Position numbers and translations under genes: made by a program. From Planctomycetota bacterium (GTDB lineage: Bacteria; Planctomycetota; B15-G4): a DNA stretch of 64,000 nucleotides. The stretch lies in NCBI GenBank assembly GCA_038212275.1, contig JBBQUR010000007.1:64001-128000 (forward strand), given 5' to 3'. Shown in pieces: positions 27,751 through 37,735 of this stretch (within the stretch, counting starts at the first letter, position 1; every line of letters begins with the position of its first letter). The notes under the pieces were generated by a model. That model ran no database searches, was not told the DNA's origin, and saw only the letters and a list, made by a program, of their open reading frames with translations.

Positions 27751-28197
27751 CTCCGGCGTTGCAGCCGGCGCGGAGCGGTGACTCGGCGTGCCGCCCGCGG
27801 TCTGCTCCCCGGCGCTCTCCTGTCCGGCTCTCTCCCCCCGACAAACCTCCGAGCCCGGCTGCTTTTCAGCGCCTTCGGCTAGGTCTCGACGTCGTGGAGG
27901 ACGTGCTGACACTGGCTGAGCCCTGCGGGGAATCCGGGTTCGGTTCGGGGCCTGCTGGCATCCATTCATGCAGGCCGGAACTCGGCGTCGTATTCGTGTA
28001 ACGAGGTGACACCACCCCGGTAACGGAAATGACGCGGATACGACACAAGGACTTGAGTCCGATTTCGGAAAAGACGTCTGCGCAGCGCGCCCTCGAGGGG
28101 GCCCTCCGGCGCCCTCCATTCGGCGCGCCACGCCTCGATCCAAGGGTCTCGAGCACGTCGCCGCAGCTCCTCCCGTGGCAGCCCGCCCACCTTGTCA

Positions 28198-28232
28198 TGC
28201 AATATAACATATTTTATTGCAATGGTTTACAC
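28198..28232. promoter_or_regulatory. AT-rich palindrome between divergent genes
   Basis: TGCAATA-N10-TATTGCA (28198-28221) in an otherwise GC-rich context. Confidence 0.5.
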
Positions 28233-28425
28233 GTGAACATGAAGCAGGGTCCAGCACGCCTCTCCCGAGGAGCCTCGCCGCCAGCGGCGCGTCGCCGACA
28301 GACGCCCTGGCCGTTCCCGCCGGGGAACCATCCGGTCATCGCCCGAATCCGCAAACCGCTCTCGTTGTCGCGGCTACGACGACGAAGAAAAAGTTAGTTC
28401 GTCTCGTTTCCCGCGCCGCCGCGGC

Positions 28426-29298
28426 ATGACTTGGAGGACCGGAAGCCTGGCCTCCCGGCTCATCATGGCGCCCATGCCTGCTGACCTGATCGACATCGCG
28501 AGGGAGTCGCTGCTGGCGACCGGGCGCCAGGCGCTCCTGATCCTCGGCCCGCTGTCCGTGGTGACCGGCGCGCTGCGCCTCATCGAGCGGGCGCTCACCG
28601 GCCGCCTCGCCTCGCGGCTCGGCTGGCACAGCGTGCTGCTCACGGCCTGGCTCGGGGTGCCCGTGCATGAGCTTTCTCACGCGGCCGCCTGTATCGTGTT
28701 CGGCCATCGCGTCGAGCGCCTGAGGTTGCTGGCTCCCGACAGCATCACCGGCCAGCTCGGGTCCGTCGACCATGCGTGGAATCGCAGGAGCCTGTACCAG
28801 CAGGTCGGACGGTTCTTCATCGGCATCGCGCCGTTGATCGGGGGCGCAGTCGCCCTGCTGCTTCTGACCTTGCTGCTCAGCCCCGCGCCGTTCCTCTGGC
28901 CGACGCTCGCGCCGGACGGCGGGCTGTTCGAATCGCTGCAATCGGCCGGAAGCCAGGCCTTTGCGCTGGCGGCCGCGCTCTTCGAACCGCACGCGGTGCG
29001 CAGCGGCATGACCTGGGCCTACCTCTATCTGGGCCTGTGCATCGGCGCGCACATGGCGCCGAGCACCACGGACCTGCGCGGATGCGTCCCCGGCCTGCTC
29101 TGGCTGCTGCTGCTGGCGCTCCTGGCGAACACGTTGACATGCCTGTTCGGCGCGGATCCGGCCCGCGCGGAGCACGCGCTTCTGGTGGCCCTGGCGCCAC
29201 TGCTCGCGCTGCTGCTGACGGCGCTGGTTCTCGACGTGATCTGCCTGCTCGTGGTCGGACTGGTGACCTCGTTGCTGCCGCGGCGCGCGGCCTCCTGA
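28426..29298 (+). CDS. Membrane protein with HExxH motif (M50-like metallopeptidase)
   Basis: GVPVHELSHAAAC, FIGIAPL, HMAPSTTDL, multiple TM segments. Confidence 0.8.
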   Translation: MTWRTGSLASRLIMAPMPADLIDIARESLLATGRQALLILGPLSVVTGALRLIERALTGRLASRLGWHSVLLTAWLGVPVHELSHAAACIVFGHRVERLRLLAPDSITGQLGSVDHAWNRRSLYQQVGRFFIGIAPLIGGAVALLLLTLLLSPAPFLWPTLAPDGGLFESLQSAGSQAFALAAALFEPHAVRSGMTWAYLYLGLCIGAHMAPSTTDLRGCVPGLLWLLLLALLANTLTCLFGADPARAEHALLVALAPLLALLLTALVLDVICLLVVGLVTSLLPRRAAS

Positions 29299-29382
29299 TC
29301 AGGGTCCGGAAGCCACGCGACTTGACGCGTTCGATGCACCCCGCGCGCGAGGACCACGCAGCCCGCCCGCTGGCGGAGGCCC

Positions 29383-29817
29383 TCAGTCGTCGCCGGAAGG
29401 CCGGCCGCGATGCCGCTTGGTGATGGACCGCCGCTGCTTTCCCTCGAGCCGGCGCTCCTTGCTCGCCCGTGTCGGCCGCCCCTTGCGCCGTTTGCGCTGC
29501 AGCACCAGCGCAGCCCGCACCAGCTCCGCAAGCCGCTCACGCGCGGCTGCCAGATTCTGGGCCTGACTGCGGCTCGCGGACGAGTGCAGCAGCAGCTCGT
29601 CCTCGCCCGTGAGCCTGCTGGCGAGGCGCTCGAGCAGCCGTGCGCGCAGCGTGTCATCCAGCGCACGGCTCAGCCGGACGGACCAGCGCAGCGTGACCCG
29701 CGTCTCGACCTTGTTGACGTTCTGCCCGCCCGGCCCGCCCGAACGACTGAAGGCGACCTCGAACTCGGCGCCTGGAATCACGAGACCGGGCCGGATCTCG
29801 AGGTCGTCGACATTCAT
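29383..29817 (-). CDS. arfB: Alternative ribosome rescue peptidyl-tRNA hydrolase
   Basis: SRSGGPGGQNVNKVET, RSQAQN, basic C-terminal tail. Confidence 0.95.
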   Translation of the reverse strand: MNVDDLEIRPGLVIPGAEFEVAFSRSGGPGGQNVNKVETRVTLRWSVRLSRALDDTLRARLLERLASRLTGEDELLLHSSASRSQAQNLAAARERLAELVRAALVLQRKRRKGRPTRASKERRLEGKQRRSITKRHRGRPSGDD

Positions 29818-31304
29818 GCTGAAACGACGGCCTCGCCGTCCGCGCCGTGAGCCGGGTGCGGTCGGGCCACGAGCCAGGTGATGGCCGGAAGCCAATGCCA
29901 CAGCAGGCGATGCGCGCTGGTGTCGACGTGGCGTTCAGCCTGCATGTTCGTACTCAGGTAGCTGACCAGCACGAACCCCAGCGCACCGCCAGCGAGAAGC
30001 AGGCCAAGAACCCGACGCCGCCTTGCCGCGAGCCGAGTTGCCGCATCGATCGCGGCCCAGGAGCCGGCCGACGCATCGCCCTTGCAGAGCACGAGCAGGA
30101 CGAGGAGCAAGGGCAGCAAGCCGAAGCTCGAGACATCCACGAGCAGGCCGAGCAAGCCCGTCAGCACTGGCAGCAGCCGAGCCTGCCAGAGCGTGACCTC
30201 CGCCAGCCGCGCCAGGCTGAAGCCCGACGCGTCCGGCGTGACTCCCGCGGCGATTGCAGCGGTCGGGAGCGCGAGCAGCAGCGCCACGCCACCCGCCACG
30301 AGCAGTGCGCCACGGCGCGAACCGACGAGAAAGGCCGCACCGAACACGAGCCCCGCTTCGACGGCGCCCTCGAGCTTGGTGCTCACCAGCGCGGCTCCAG
30401 CCAGGCCCGCGAGCGCAACGCCGGCGCCGGCACGGCTTCCCGCCCCCGCCGCCGGGAGGACATCGGGGCCCCCGTGCGCCGCGACTGCACCGGGACCAGC
30501 GCGCACTGCGCCTGCAGGCGCCGCCGACTCCCGCAGCTGCTCGACGGCGACCACGAGCAACAGCAGGAAGAGTGCGTCGGCGCCATCCACGAAACCGGCA
30601 ACGGCGGCGGACTCGCGCACGTCGGCGGACGTGAGCAAGGGCAGTGTGGCGAAGACCGCGAGCAGCACGCGACCCCGTGTTCCGCACCGCATCAGCAGCA
30701 CCGAAAGCACGCCGAGAAGCGCAAGGCCCAGGGCGCCGAGCGCCAGCTTGGGGCCAGCCGTCGCATCCGGCGGCGAGAGCGCGAACACGGGCGCCAGCAA
30801 CGCAGGCACGAGCAGCGGATACTCGCGATGGACGCCGAGCCGCACCGGGTCGTGCAGGGAGGGCGCTTCGCGTGCACTGACCAGCGACAACTCGCGCGCC
30901 TTCGGCGCCCAGAACTTGCTGCCATCGGACCGGAAAGGCGTGCCCGTCCCGACGGAAAGGCTGATGAGCGCGACTCCTGCCAGCAGCACCGCGAGCCAGC
31001 GGGGCAGCGACGCTTCCTGCTTCGTCGGCGCGGCTCGGCCACGAGCGCCGTTCACTGGCCTGCGCCATCGGCACATGATCAGCGACAGCGCCGCGAGCGC
31101 GCACGGCGCCAAGGGGCCGCTCGCGAGGCCGCATGCGGAGAGCAGCACCTGCACCAGCCCGACGCTCGCCGCGCCCAGCGCGCACGCCCATGCCACGCGT
31201 CCGTACCAGCGCGGGCCTGCGACGGTCTCGGCCAGTGCAAGCATGGGCCACCAACCGGCAGCCACCCAGGCCGCCACGCAGACCAGTCCGACGACGAGGC
31301 TCAC
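29814..31304 (-). CDS. Polytopic membrane protein (possibly GT-C-like)
   Basis: Many hydrophobic segments; D...W.PKA, HREYPLLVP and TKLEG motifs; coupled to neighbours. Confidence 0.65.
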   Translation of the reverse strand: MSLVVGLVCVAAWVAAGWWPMLALAETVAGPRWYGRVAWACALGAASVGLVQVLLSACGLASGPLAPCALAALSLIMCRWRRPVNGARGRAAPTKQEASLPRWLAVLLAGVALISLSVGTGTPFRSDGSKFWAPKARELSLVSAREAPSLHDPVRLGVHREYPLLVPALLAPVFALSPPDATAGPKLALGALGLALLGVLSVLLMRCGTRGRVLLAVFATLPLLTSADVRESAAVAGFVDGADALFLLLLVVAVEQLRESAAPAGAVRAGPGAVAAHGGPDVLPAAGAGSRAGAGVALAGLAGAALVSTKLEGAVEAGLVFGAAFLVGSRRGALLVAGGVALLLALPTAAIAAGVTPDASGFSLARLAEVTLWQARLLPVLTGLLGLLVDVSSFGLLPLLLVLLVLCKGDASAGSWAAIDAATRLAARRRRVLGLLLAGGALGFVLVSYLSTNMQAERHVDTSAHRLLWHWLPAITWLVARPHPAHGADGEAVVSA

Positions 31305-32035
31305 GGGTCCACCTTGAGCAGCCCGACGTGCGCGCAGTCACCGGGTGCGGCAAGCGCACCGAGATCCACGGCCCAGCGCGAGCCGTGACCGCGACCGAGC
31401 TCCTGCGGCAGCAACTCGGCGACGAGCGCCTCGTCCGTCCACTCGCGCGGCACGTCGTGCAGCACGGGGTAGATGGCGCGTGGATACAGAGCCCAGGCGG
31501 TCACGTTCCACAGGTAGGAATCCGTACCCAGCAGCAGCACGGCGTCCGTTTCGGGCACGCGCTCACGCCAGGCACGCAAGGTCGCGGCATGTGGCCCCGC
31601 CACCGAGTCCAGCGCATCGTCGCCGAGCGTCCAGTCGCCGGCACGCGCGAGCTGCAGTTGTTCCGTCACCGACACGCCCGCCAGCACGAGGCCCAGCGTC
31701 ATCGAGCCGCCGGCGAGCACCGCGACGCGCACGCCTCCCGCACGGGTCGCGAGTGCAGGCCAGGCGGCCAGCAGCGCGCAGCCTGCAGCCAGAGCCGCGA
31801 AGAGACAGGTCACGTCCGTGCGACGGGCCACTCCCTGCAAGCGGTGCAGGGCTTCGGCCTCGACATCGGTGAAGGCGCGCGGGTCGGGGTGTCGGGCCGT
31901 CCAGCTCGTGAGCCAGGCGGGCGCGGCCAGCCCATCCTGCCGTGCGACCTGCACTGCCGCTGCAGCAAACAGCAGCGCAAGGACCAGCGTCACGGCACGC
32001 GCTCGCGGTGCGAGCACCACGCGCTCAGTGTTCAC
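31301..32035 (-). CDS. Hypothetical membrane protein
   Basis: Three hydrophobic segments, WALYPR; overlaps flanking genes. Confidence 0.65.
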   Translation of the reverse strand: MNTERVVLAPRARAVTLVLALLFAAAAVQVARQDGLAAPAWLTSWTARHPDPRAFTDVEAEALHRLQGVARRTDVTCLFAALAAGCALLAAWPALATRAGGVRVAVLAGGSMTLGLVLAGVSVTEQLQLARAGDWTLGDDALDSVAGPHAATLRAWRERVPETDAVLLLGTDSYLWNVTAWALYPRAIYPVLHDVPREWTDEALVAELLPQELGRGHGSRWAVDLGALAAPGDCAHVGLLKVDP

Positions 32036-33743
32036 GGGCGGACGGCCGCCACGTGAGCTGCACTTCGTCACCCTGCACGGTGACCTCGGCCCCGGCGTCC
32101 GCAAGCGAGACGCGCAGGGACTCGATCGACGCGGCGGCCCCGGAGACGATCGTCATCGCGCGCGCGTCGCGCGCCTGACGAAAGGCGGCGAGTTCAGTGT
32201 CGGGCTGCGCAGCGACCTCGCCAGGCATGGCCCAGACGATGTCGTCCGCGAATGCGTAGCTCAGCGCGACGGCACCGTCCGCAGCGCGCAGTGCGGTCAC
32301 GCCGTCGGCGCGCACCTCGGACTCGAGCTTGCCGCTGAAGCCCTCGACGTTGGCGCTGGAGAGCAGCGGCTCGAGCCAGTGACGCCACGCTTCGGCATCG
32401 CGGCCGAGACCGGGCGAGAGACTGCCCATCAGCAGCAGGTCGCCCTCCTGCGTTCGGACGACGGCGAGCAGACCGCTCCACGCGTCGAGAAGCCCGGACA
32501 ATTCGTCGAGGTAGCGCTGCGAAGGCGGCCCGCGGCCCTTGACCACCTCGGCGATCGGGCGGCACCACTGCGCGAAGGAGGATGAGAAGCGCTTCGGGTC
32601 GGCCGCGAGCACGAGCAGCGCGCCATCCATCGTCGGCGCGGGAGCTGCCGCGTCGAGCAGCGGACGCAGGGGCGAAGCCGCGGAGACCTGCATGCGCACA
32701 CGCAGCTCCGGCAGCTCGAGAAACGTCTCCCAGAGATCGCCGAACGCCGGCGGCCGGCGATGAGAGCTGCGCTCTTCATCCGGATCCGGAATCTCGCTGC
32801 GGTCGAGGCGCTCCCAGAACTCAGGCGAGGCATCCGCCGAGAACTGCAGCGCTTCGACGTCGCCAAAGGCCAGCATGTCCTTCAGCGCCCAGAGCAGCTC
32901 CCAATTCGGCAGCCTCCCGCCATCGGCGGGACGACCGCTTTCGCCGTGCGACATCATCGCGGCGGCGCCGAGTGCGCCTGCCGTGCCCGCACCGCTCATC
33001 AGCGAGCGCAACTGGCTCTCCGAACGGGCGATCTCATCCGCGTACGCGAGGCGCAGCCGCGCGAGATTCAGACTGGTGACGACAGTGTGCGGCGGCGCCT
33101 TCGAAAACCCGCCCGTCGCACGCACGACGCGTCGGCATGCGCCGACCGCCTCGAAGGACGGCGCGAGGATGGCGTGGTCGCCTTCGTCCGCGAGGTCGAA
33201 TCCGAAGCTCGTCCGGGGTGCGTCCGCCATGGATGTGAGCATGGACAGCGGCGTGCCGCCCTGCATGCGCGCGAACAGCATCGAGGCGCCGAGCAGGGGG
33301 CTGTCGGGCGGAACGTCGTAGCGGTAGCGGCCATTGCCGAGGGCGCTGAGCGTCGTGCACTCGTTCAACGAAGCCTGAAATGCCTTGCGGTCGTCGATCG
33401 GAAGCAGGATCGCGACGGGCCCGCCGTAGGTCTTCTCGTCGAGGTGCACGAGGACCAGCGGCGCGCCATGCCGAAGGCCGCGCGGCTCCCAATCGGTCAG
33501 GCCGCGCAGCATCGCCGCCTGCACGTCGTCGGGCAGCGTGAGCGCCGTGTAGGCAAGCAGTCCCGGTTCGTCCAGCGACAATGGCCAGGCCTCGGTCGTC
33601 GCGACGGGCAGCTGCTCAGTGCAGCCGTCGAGCAGGAGGCCCAGCGCGACGACGAGCAGGCAGGCATTCTGCGCGGCTGCCCGCAGCCAGGACGCCGCGC
33701 GCCGACCGCACGCGCCTTGCGCGCCATGGCCGAAATCCTCCAT
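32025..33743 (-). CDS. Hypothetical lipoprotein
   Basis: LLVVALGLLLDGC lipobox-like segment; coding-like composition; start uncertain. Confidence 0.65.
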   Translation of the reverse strand: MEDFGHGAQGACGRRAASWLRAAAQNACLLVVALGLLLDGCTEQLPVATTEAWPLSLDEPGLLAYTALTLPDDVQAAMLRGLTDWEPRGLRHGAPLVLVHLDEKTYGGPVAILLPIDDRKAFQASLNECTTLSALGNGRYRYDVPPDSPLLGASMLFARMQGGTPLSMLTSMADAPRTSFGFDLADEGDHAILAPSFEAVGACRRVVRATGGFSKAPPHTVVTSLNLARLRLAYADEIARSESQLRSLMSGAGTAGALGAAAMMSHGESGRPADGGRLPNWELLWALKDMLAFGDVEALQFSADASPEFWERLDRSEIPDPDEERSSHRRPPAFGDLWETFLELPELRVRMQVSAASPLRPLLDAAAPAPTMDGALLVLAADPKRFSSSFAQWCRPIAEVVKGRGPPSQRYLDELSGLLDAWSGLLAVVRTQEGDLLLMGSLSPGLGRDAEAWRHWLEPLLSSANVEGFSGKLESEVRADGVTALRAADGAVALSYAFADDIVWAMPGEVAAQPDTELAAFRQARDARAMTIVSGAAASIESLRVSLADAGAEVTVQGDEVQLTWRPSAREH

Positions 33744-33842
33744 GCCGCGGGCGGCGGAGTCATCGGCACGACGGCGGGCGGGACGCGCTGTCACGCGAGG
33801 CATGGTACAGAAGGGGCGGCACCGGAGAGTGGTGACGGATCC

Positions 33843-34829
33843 GTGGATGCAGGCGTCGAAACTCGCGAGACGGTGCGGCGGATGCTGCTGGCCAGGGGCT
33901 TCTCGCGCGTGGGCTTCACCGGCGCGGAGCCCGTGGCCGATCACGTCAGCGCGTGGGTTGCCGGCGGACTCCACGCGGGGATGGCATGGATGGCGCGCGA
34001 CAGCGCGGCGCGTGCCGATCCCCGCACGCTGCTGCCCGGAGCGCTCTCGGTGATCTGCGTCGCGGTGTCCTATCCCGCGACCGACGGACGCGGCCCCGTG
34101 GCCGGCTATGCCCGCAGCGAGGATTATCACCGCACCCTGAAGGCCGCGTTGCGCGATGGCGTCGCCGGACTCGAGACGCTGCTGCCCGGACTGCAATCGC
34201 GCGTCTGCGTGGACACCGCGCCGCTGCTCGAGCGGGCACTCGCCGCGCGCGCGGGCCTCGGCTGGATCGGTCGCAACACGCTGCTGCTCGACGAGACGCA
34301 CGGGCCGTGGATGCTCCTCGGCGAGATTCTCGTGGACGTGCGTTTTCCGCCGGACGCCCCCGCCGTGGACCGCTGCGGCACGTGCACGGCGTGCCTGACG
34401 GCCTGTCCGACACAGGCTTTGGACGAGCGACGCATCCTCGACGCGCGGCGCTGTCTCTCGTACTGGAGCATCGAGCACCGCGGCGAGATCCCCGAGCCGT
34501 TTGCCACGGCGCTCGGCGATCGCGTCTTCGGCTGCGATGATTGCCTGACTGCCTGTCCCTTCCCGGCACGCCGCGTCCGCACGGTGCCCGACGTCGAGGC
34601 AGCACCCTTCCAGCCGCGACCCGATCTCGTGGCGCCGACGCTGGACGAGCTGCAGGCACGCGCGGAGACCTCGTTTCGAAGGCATTTCGCAAGCACACCG
34701 ATCGAGCGGACGAGGCGCACCGGCCTGCTGCGCAACCTCGCGCTCGCACGTCGCAATGCCCGGACGCGTGCCGCGGACGCCCCGCAGACCGCGCGTCCGG
34801 ACGGCGCGCCACCTGCTGCGGATGGCTAG
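33843..34829 (+). CDS. queG: tRNA epoxyqueuosine reductase
   Basis: YARSEDYH, VDTAPLLER, GLGWIGRN, CGTCTACLTACPT, RCLSYWSIE, FGCDDCLTACP. Confidence 0.95.
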   Translation: MDAGVETRETVRRMLLARGFSRVGFTGAEPVADHVSAWVAGGLHAGMAWMARDSAARADPRTLLPGALSVICVAVSYPATDGRGPVAGYARSEDYHRTLKAALRDGVAGLETLLPGLQSRVCVDTAPLLERALAARAGLGWIGRNTLLLDETHGPWMLLGEILVDVRFPPDAPAVDRCGTCTACLTACPTQALDERRILDARRCLSYWSIEHRGEIPEPFATALGDRVFGCDDCLTACPFPARRVRTVPDVEAAPFQPRPDLVAPTLDELQARAETSFRRHFASTPIERTRRTGLLRNLALARRNARTRAADAPQTARPDGAPPAADG

Positions 34830-34862
34830 AATGCCCGCCCATCTCCCGATCAGGATCCACCG

Positions 34863-35687
34863 ATGAAGATCTTCGAGCCCCACATCCACATGTACTCGCG
34901 CAACACGCGCGACTACGCCGAGATGGCCACTGCCGGCATCACCTCGCTCCTCGAGCCGGGCGGCTTCTGGCTCGGCTACGAGCGCAAGCATCCCGAGACG
35001 TGCCTGGAGTACTTCGATCACCTGATCCACTTCGAGCACACGCGTGCCGCCAAGGCCGGCATCCAGTACCACTGCACCTTTGCGCTCAACCCCAAGGAAG
35101 CGCACACGCCGGCCATCCGCGAACGCGTCCTGGCCGAGTTGCCGAAGTACCTCGCTCATCCGCTGTGCCCCGCACTCGGCGAGGTCGGTTACGACAAGAT
35201 CGATGCGATCGAGGAGCAGGTCGTCCTGCAGCAGCTCGAACTCGCAAAGACGATGAAGCTTCCGGTGCTGGTGCACACGCCGCACGTCGAAAAGAAGCGC
35301 GGGACCGAGCGACTCATCGCGAACGTGCGCGACGTGGGGATTTCACCGGATCTCGTCGAGATCGACCATTGCACCGAGGAGGTCATCGGCCTCGTGGTGG
35401 ACGCGGGGCTCTGGGCCGGCTTCACGATCTATCCGGTGACCAAGCTCTCCCCGGAACGCGCCGTCTCCATCTTCAAGCAGTACGGCACGGAGCGCATGCT
35501 CGTGAACAGCTCCGCGGACTGGGGGCCTTCCGATCCGCTCTCGGTGCCGAAGCTCGCCGTGCTGATGCGGCAATCCGGCTTCGCCGAGGACGTCGTGCAG
35601 CGGCTTGTCTGGGACAACCCGGTGCGCTTCTTCGGTCAGTCGGGCAAGCTCACCGAGCAGCCAATTCACGACGAGGCGGTTGCTTGA
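34863..35687 (+). CDS. TatD-like metallohydrolase (EboB-like subfamily)
   Basis: PHIHMYSR, EPGGFWLG, LNPKEA, GEVGYD, VHTPH, DH, NSSADWGPSDPL. Confidence 0.88.
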   Translation: MKIFEPHIHMYSRNTRDYAEMATAGITSLLEPGGFWLGYERKHPETCLEYFDHLIHFEHTRAAKAGIQYHCTFALNPKEAHTPAIRERVLAELPKYLAHPLCPALGEVGYDKIDAIEEQVVLQQLELAKTMKLPVLVHTPHVEKKRGTERLIANVRDVGISPDLVEIDHCTEEVIGLVVDAGLWAGFTIYPVTKLSPERAVSIFKQYGTERMLVNSSADWGPSDPLSVPKLAVLMRQSGFAEDVVQRLVWDNPVRFFGQSGKLTEQPIHDEAVA

Positions 35688-36676
35688 CGAGGCGCATCCG
35701 GCACGGCGCCGTCACTGCGCTCCTGCTGCTCGCGGCATGCACGGAGCACGCGGCGCACGACGAGGCGTCGGTGTCGGCGAGCGCCTCGCCCCCCGCAGCC
35801 GCGACGCCTGCGCCGCCAGCCGATTCCGCCGCCCACGCTCCCGCCGCATCGCCATCGACAGTTGCAGCGGCACCGGCATCTGCATCGGCATCTGCATCGG
35901 CATCTGCACCGGCATCTGCATCGGCATCTGCAGCGCAATCGGCACCGGCACCGGCACCGGCAGCGGCACCGGCAGCGGCACCAGTCGACACCGGCGACGA
36001 TCAACCTGCCGCGCTGCCGCTGTCCTGGCCAACCCCGCTCCCTGTGGCCGCGCCGGACGTCCCCTGGCTGCAGAAGGGTCTGATCGTCGGCACCTGGGCA
36101 GCCGAGGCACCGTCGGACTTCGAGCACTCATGGCTCGATGAGTCGGCGCTCCGCGTTGTCTTCACCGGGGAGGCGGCGGGCCGCCGCAAGTGGCGTGGCT
36201 TCGCCTCGGCCGGCGACAGCGTTCCGGTCGACAGTCTGCTGAAGGACCGCGAAGGCGGCGCGATGGCCTATCTCTACAGCCTGCTGTCCCGCCCGACACC
36301 CCCCGAGGGCATCGCCGACGAGGCAGCCGTGCTGCATGTCCGCCACAAGGGCCGGCTGCGCGCCTGGTGGGACGGCGCGCTCGTGCTGGACGCGCAGGCG
36401 CCGACCGACGGCTGGGCGGAATCGCGCGCGCCCGTTCCGCTGACGGGACCTTATGACGTGCTGCTGCTCAAGATTGCGCGCGGCCCGGGGCTCGGATCCT
36501 CGATGGATTTCTCCGTCCAGGTCAGTGCGACCGATGGACACCCGATCCTCGATCAGGCGTGGAAGACGATGCGCCCGCCCAGCCTGCCCACGGACCTTCC
36601 TCCCGCCGAGACGCCGGTGCCCGAGGCTCCTGCCGACGAGGCGCCGTCATCCGACGATGTCCCGCAGGGACACTGA
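35684..36676 (+). CDS. Hypothetical lipoprotein with Ala/Ser/Pro linker
   Basis: TTG overlapping upstream stop; ALLLLAAC lipobox; GCATCT/GCATCG/GCACCG hexamer repeats at ~35870-35985. Confidence 0.75.
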   Translation: MTRRIRHGAVTALLLLAACTEHAAHDEASVSASASPPAAATPAPPADSAAHAPAASPSTVAAAPASASASASASAPASASASAAQSAPAPAPAAAPAAAPVDTGDDQPAALPLSWPTPLPVAAPDVPWLQKGLIVGTWAAEAPSDFEHSWLDESALRVVFTGEAAGRRKWRGFASAGDSVPVDSLLKDREGGAMAYLYSLLSRPTPPEGIADEAAVLHVRHKGRLRAWWDGALVLDAQAPTDGWAESRAPVPLTGPYDVLLLKIARGPGLGSSMDFSVQVSATDGHPILDQAWKTMRPPSLPTDLPPAETPVPEAPADEAPSSDDVPQGH

Positions 36677-36733
36677 CTCACGGCCATCGCGCGGTCTCGC
36701 GCAGCGGTGATCGCGTTTCGCGCACCGGCATGC

Positions 36734-36790
36734 CGGTGCGGTGCGGTGCGGTGCGGTAAGGCACGACACTCCGTGGTGCGGTGCGGTGCG
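36734..36790. repeat. Interrupted GCGGT pentamer repeat between convergent genes
   Basis: Read directly. Confidence 0.85.
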
Positions 36791-36811
36791 GCGCAACACG
36801 CCGCGGCGGCG

Positions 36812-37735
36812 TCAGGCTGCAGCGATCGTCGCGAGTCGGCCGAGCTGCCACATGAGGAGTCGGTTGCGACCGCTCTCCTTTGCCTTGTACAGCGCGTTGT
36901 CGGCCCGATCCACGAGCGTGTCCAGCGTGTCGTCTCCCTCGAGACTGGCCACGCCGCACGAGACCGTGACGGGCACGTCCACGCCGGCCGCGCGCACCGC
37001 GATCGGCACCGCCGCGAGCCTGGCGCGGAAGCGTTCGACGATGCCGGCCGCGAGGGCGATGTCCGTCTGCGCGAAGGCGAAGAGGAATTCCTCGCCGCCC
37101 CAGCGCAGCACGATGTCCGTGGAACGCGAGGCGTTGCGCAGCTCCGAGGCCACCTTCACGAGGACATCATCGCCCGCCGCATGGCCCAGCGTGTCGTTGA
37201 TGCGCTTGAAGTGATCGATGTCGATCATCGCGACGGAGAGCGTGCCGCCGTAGCGCCGGCAGCGCTCGAGCTCCTGAGTCAGGCGGTCCACGCCGAAGCG
37301 GCGATTGTTGAGACCCGTGAGCGGATCGGTGCGTGAGTCGCGCTCGAGTTCGACGTGCCTGGTCTTCTGTTTCGCGAGGCGGCGCACCGTGGCGCAGAGC
37401 ACTTCGTCGTCCCACGGCTTGGAGAGATACGCCGCAGCGCCGGCTTCGAGGTTCGCCAGGTGATCCTGCTTCTCGGTGCTGCCCGTGAGAATCACCACCG
37501 GCACGGAACTCAACTCGGCGCTCGCCTGAATCGTCGTGACGAGCGTGCACCCATCCACCAGCGGCATCTTGAGGTCGGAGACGACGACGTCGAAGCCATG
37601 GCCTGGCCCGAGCTTCTCCAGCGCCTCTGCTCCGTCCTTCGCGGTTACCGTCTCGAAGCCGCTTGCGGTCAGCGACTTCTCGAGCGCGTATCGAACCGTG
37701 GCCGCGTCGTCGACAATCAGCACGCGAATGCTCAT
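36812..37735 (-). CDS. Response regulator diguanylate cyclase (REC-GGDEF, WspR-like)
   Basis: IVDD, SDLKMP, SKP; DPLTGLNNRR, DIDHFKRIND, RSTD I-site, RWGGEEF. Confidence 0.95.
   Translation of the reverse strand: MSIRVLIVDDAATVRYALEKSLTASGFETVTAKDGAEALEKLGPGHGFDVVVSDLKMPLVDGCTLVTTIQASAELSSVPVVILTGSTEKQDHLANLEAGAAAYLSKPWDDEVLCATVRRLAKQKTRHVELERDSRTDPLTGLNNRRFGVDRLTQELERCRRYGGTLSVAMIDIDHFKRINDTLGHAAGDDVLVKVASELRNASRSTDIVLRWGGEEFLFAFAQTDIALAAGIVERFRARLAAVPIAVRAAGVDVPVTVSCGVASLEGDDTLDTLVDRADNALYKAKESGRNRLLMWQLGRLATIAAA

Noticed and set aside
33744..35285. N-terminal extension of the 1086-aa minus ORF
   Set aside because: Antisense to queG and the TatD-like gene
35666..36127. Cys-Arg, His-Leu or Met-Gln repeat peptides in alternative frames
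   Set aside because: Alternate-frame readings of the Ala-Ser/Ala-Pro linker hexamer repeat
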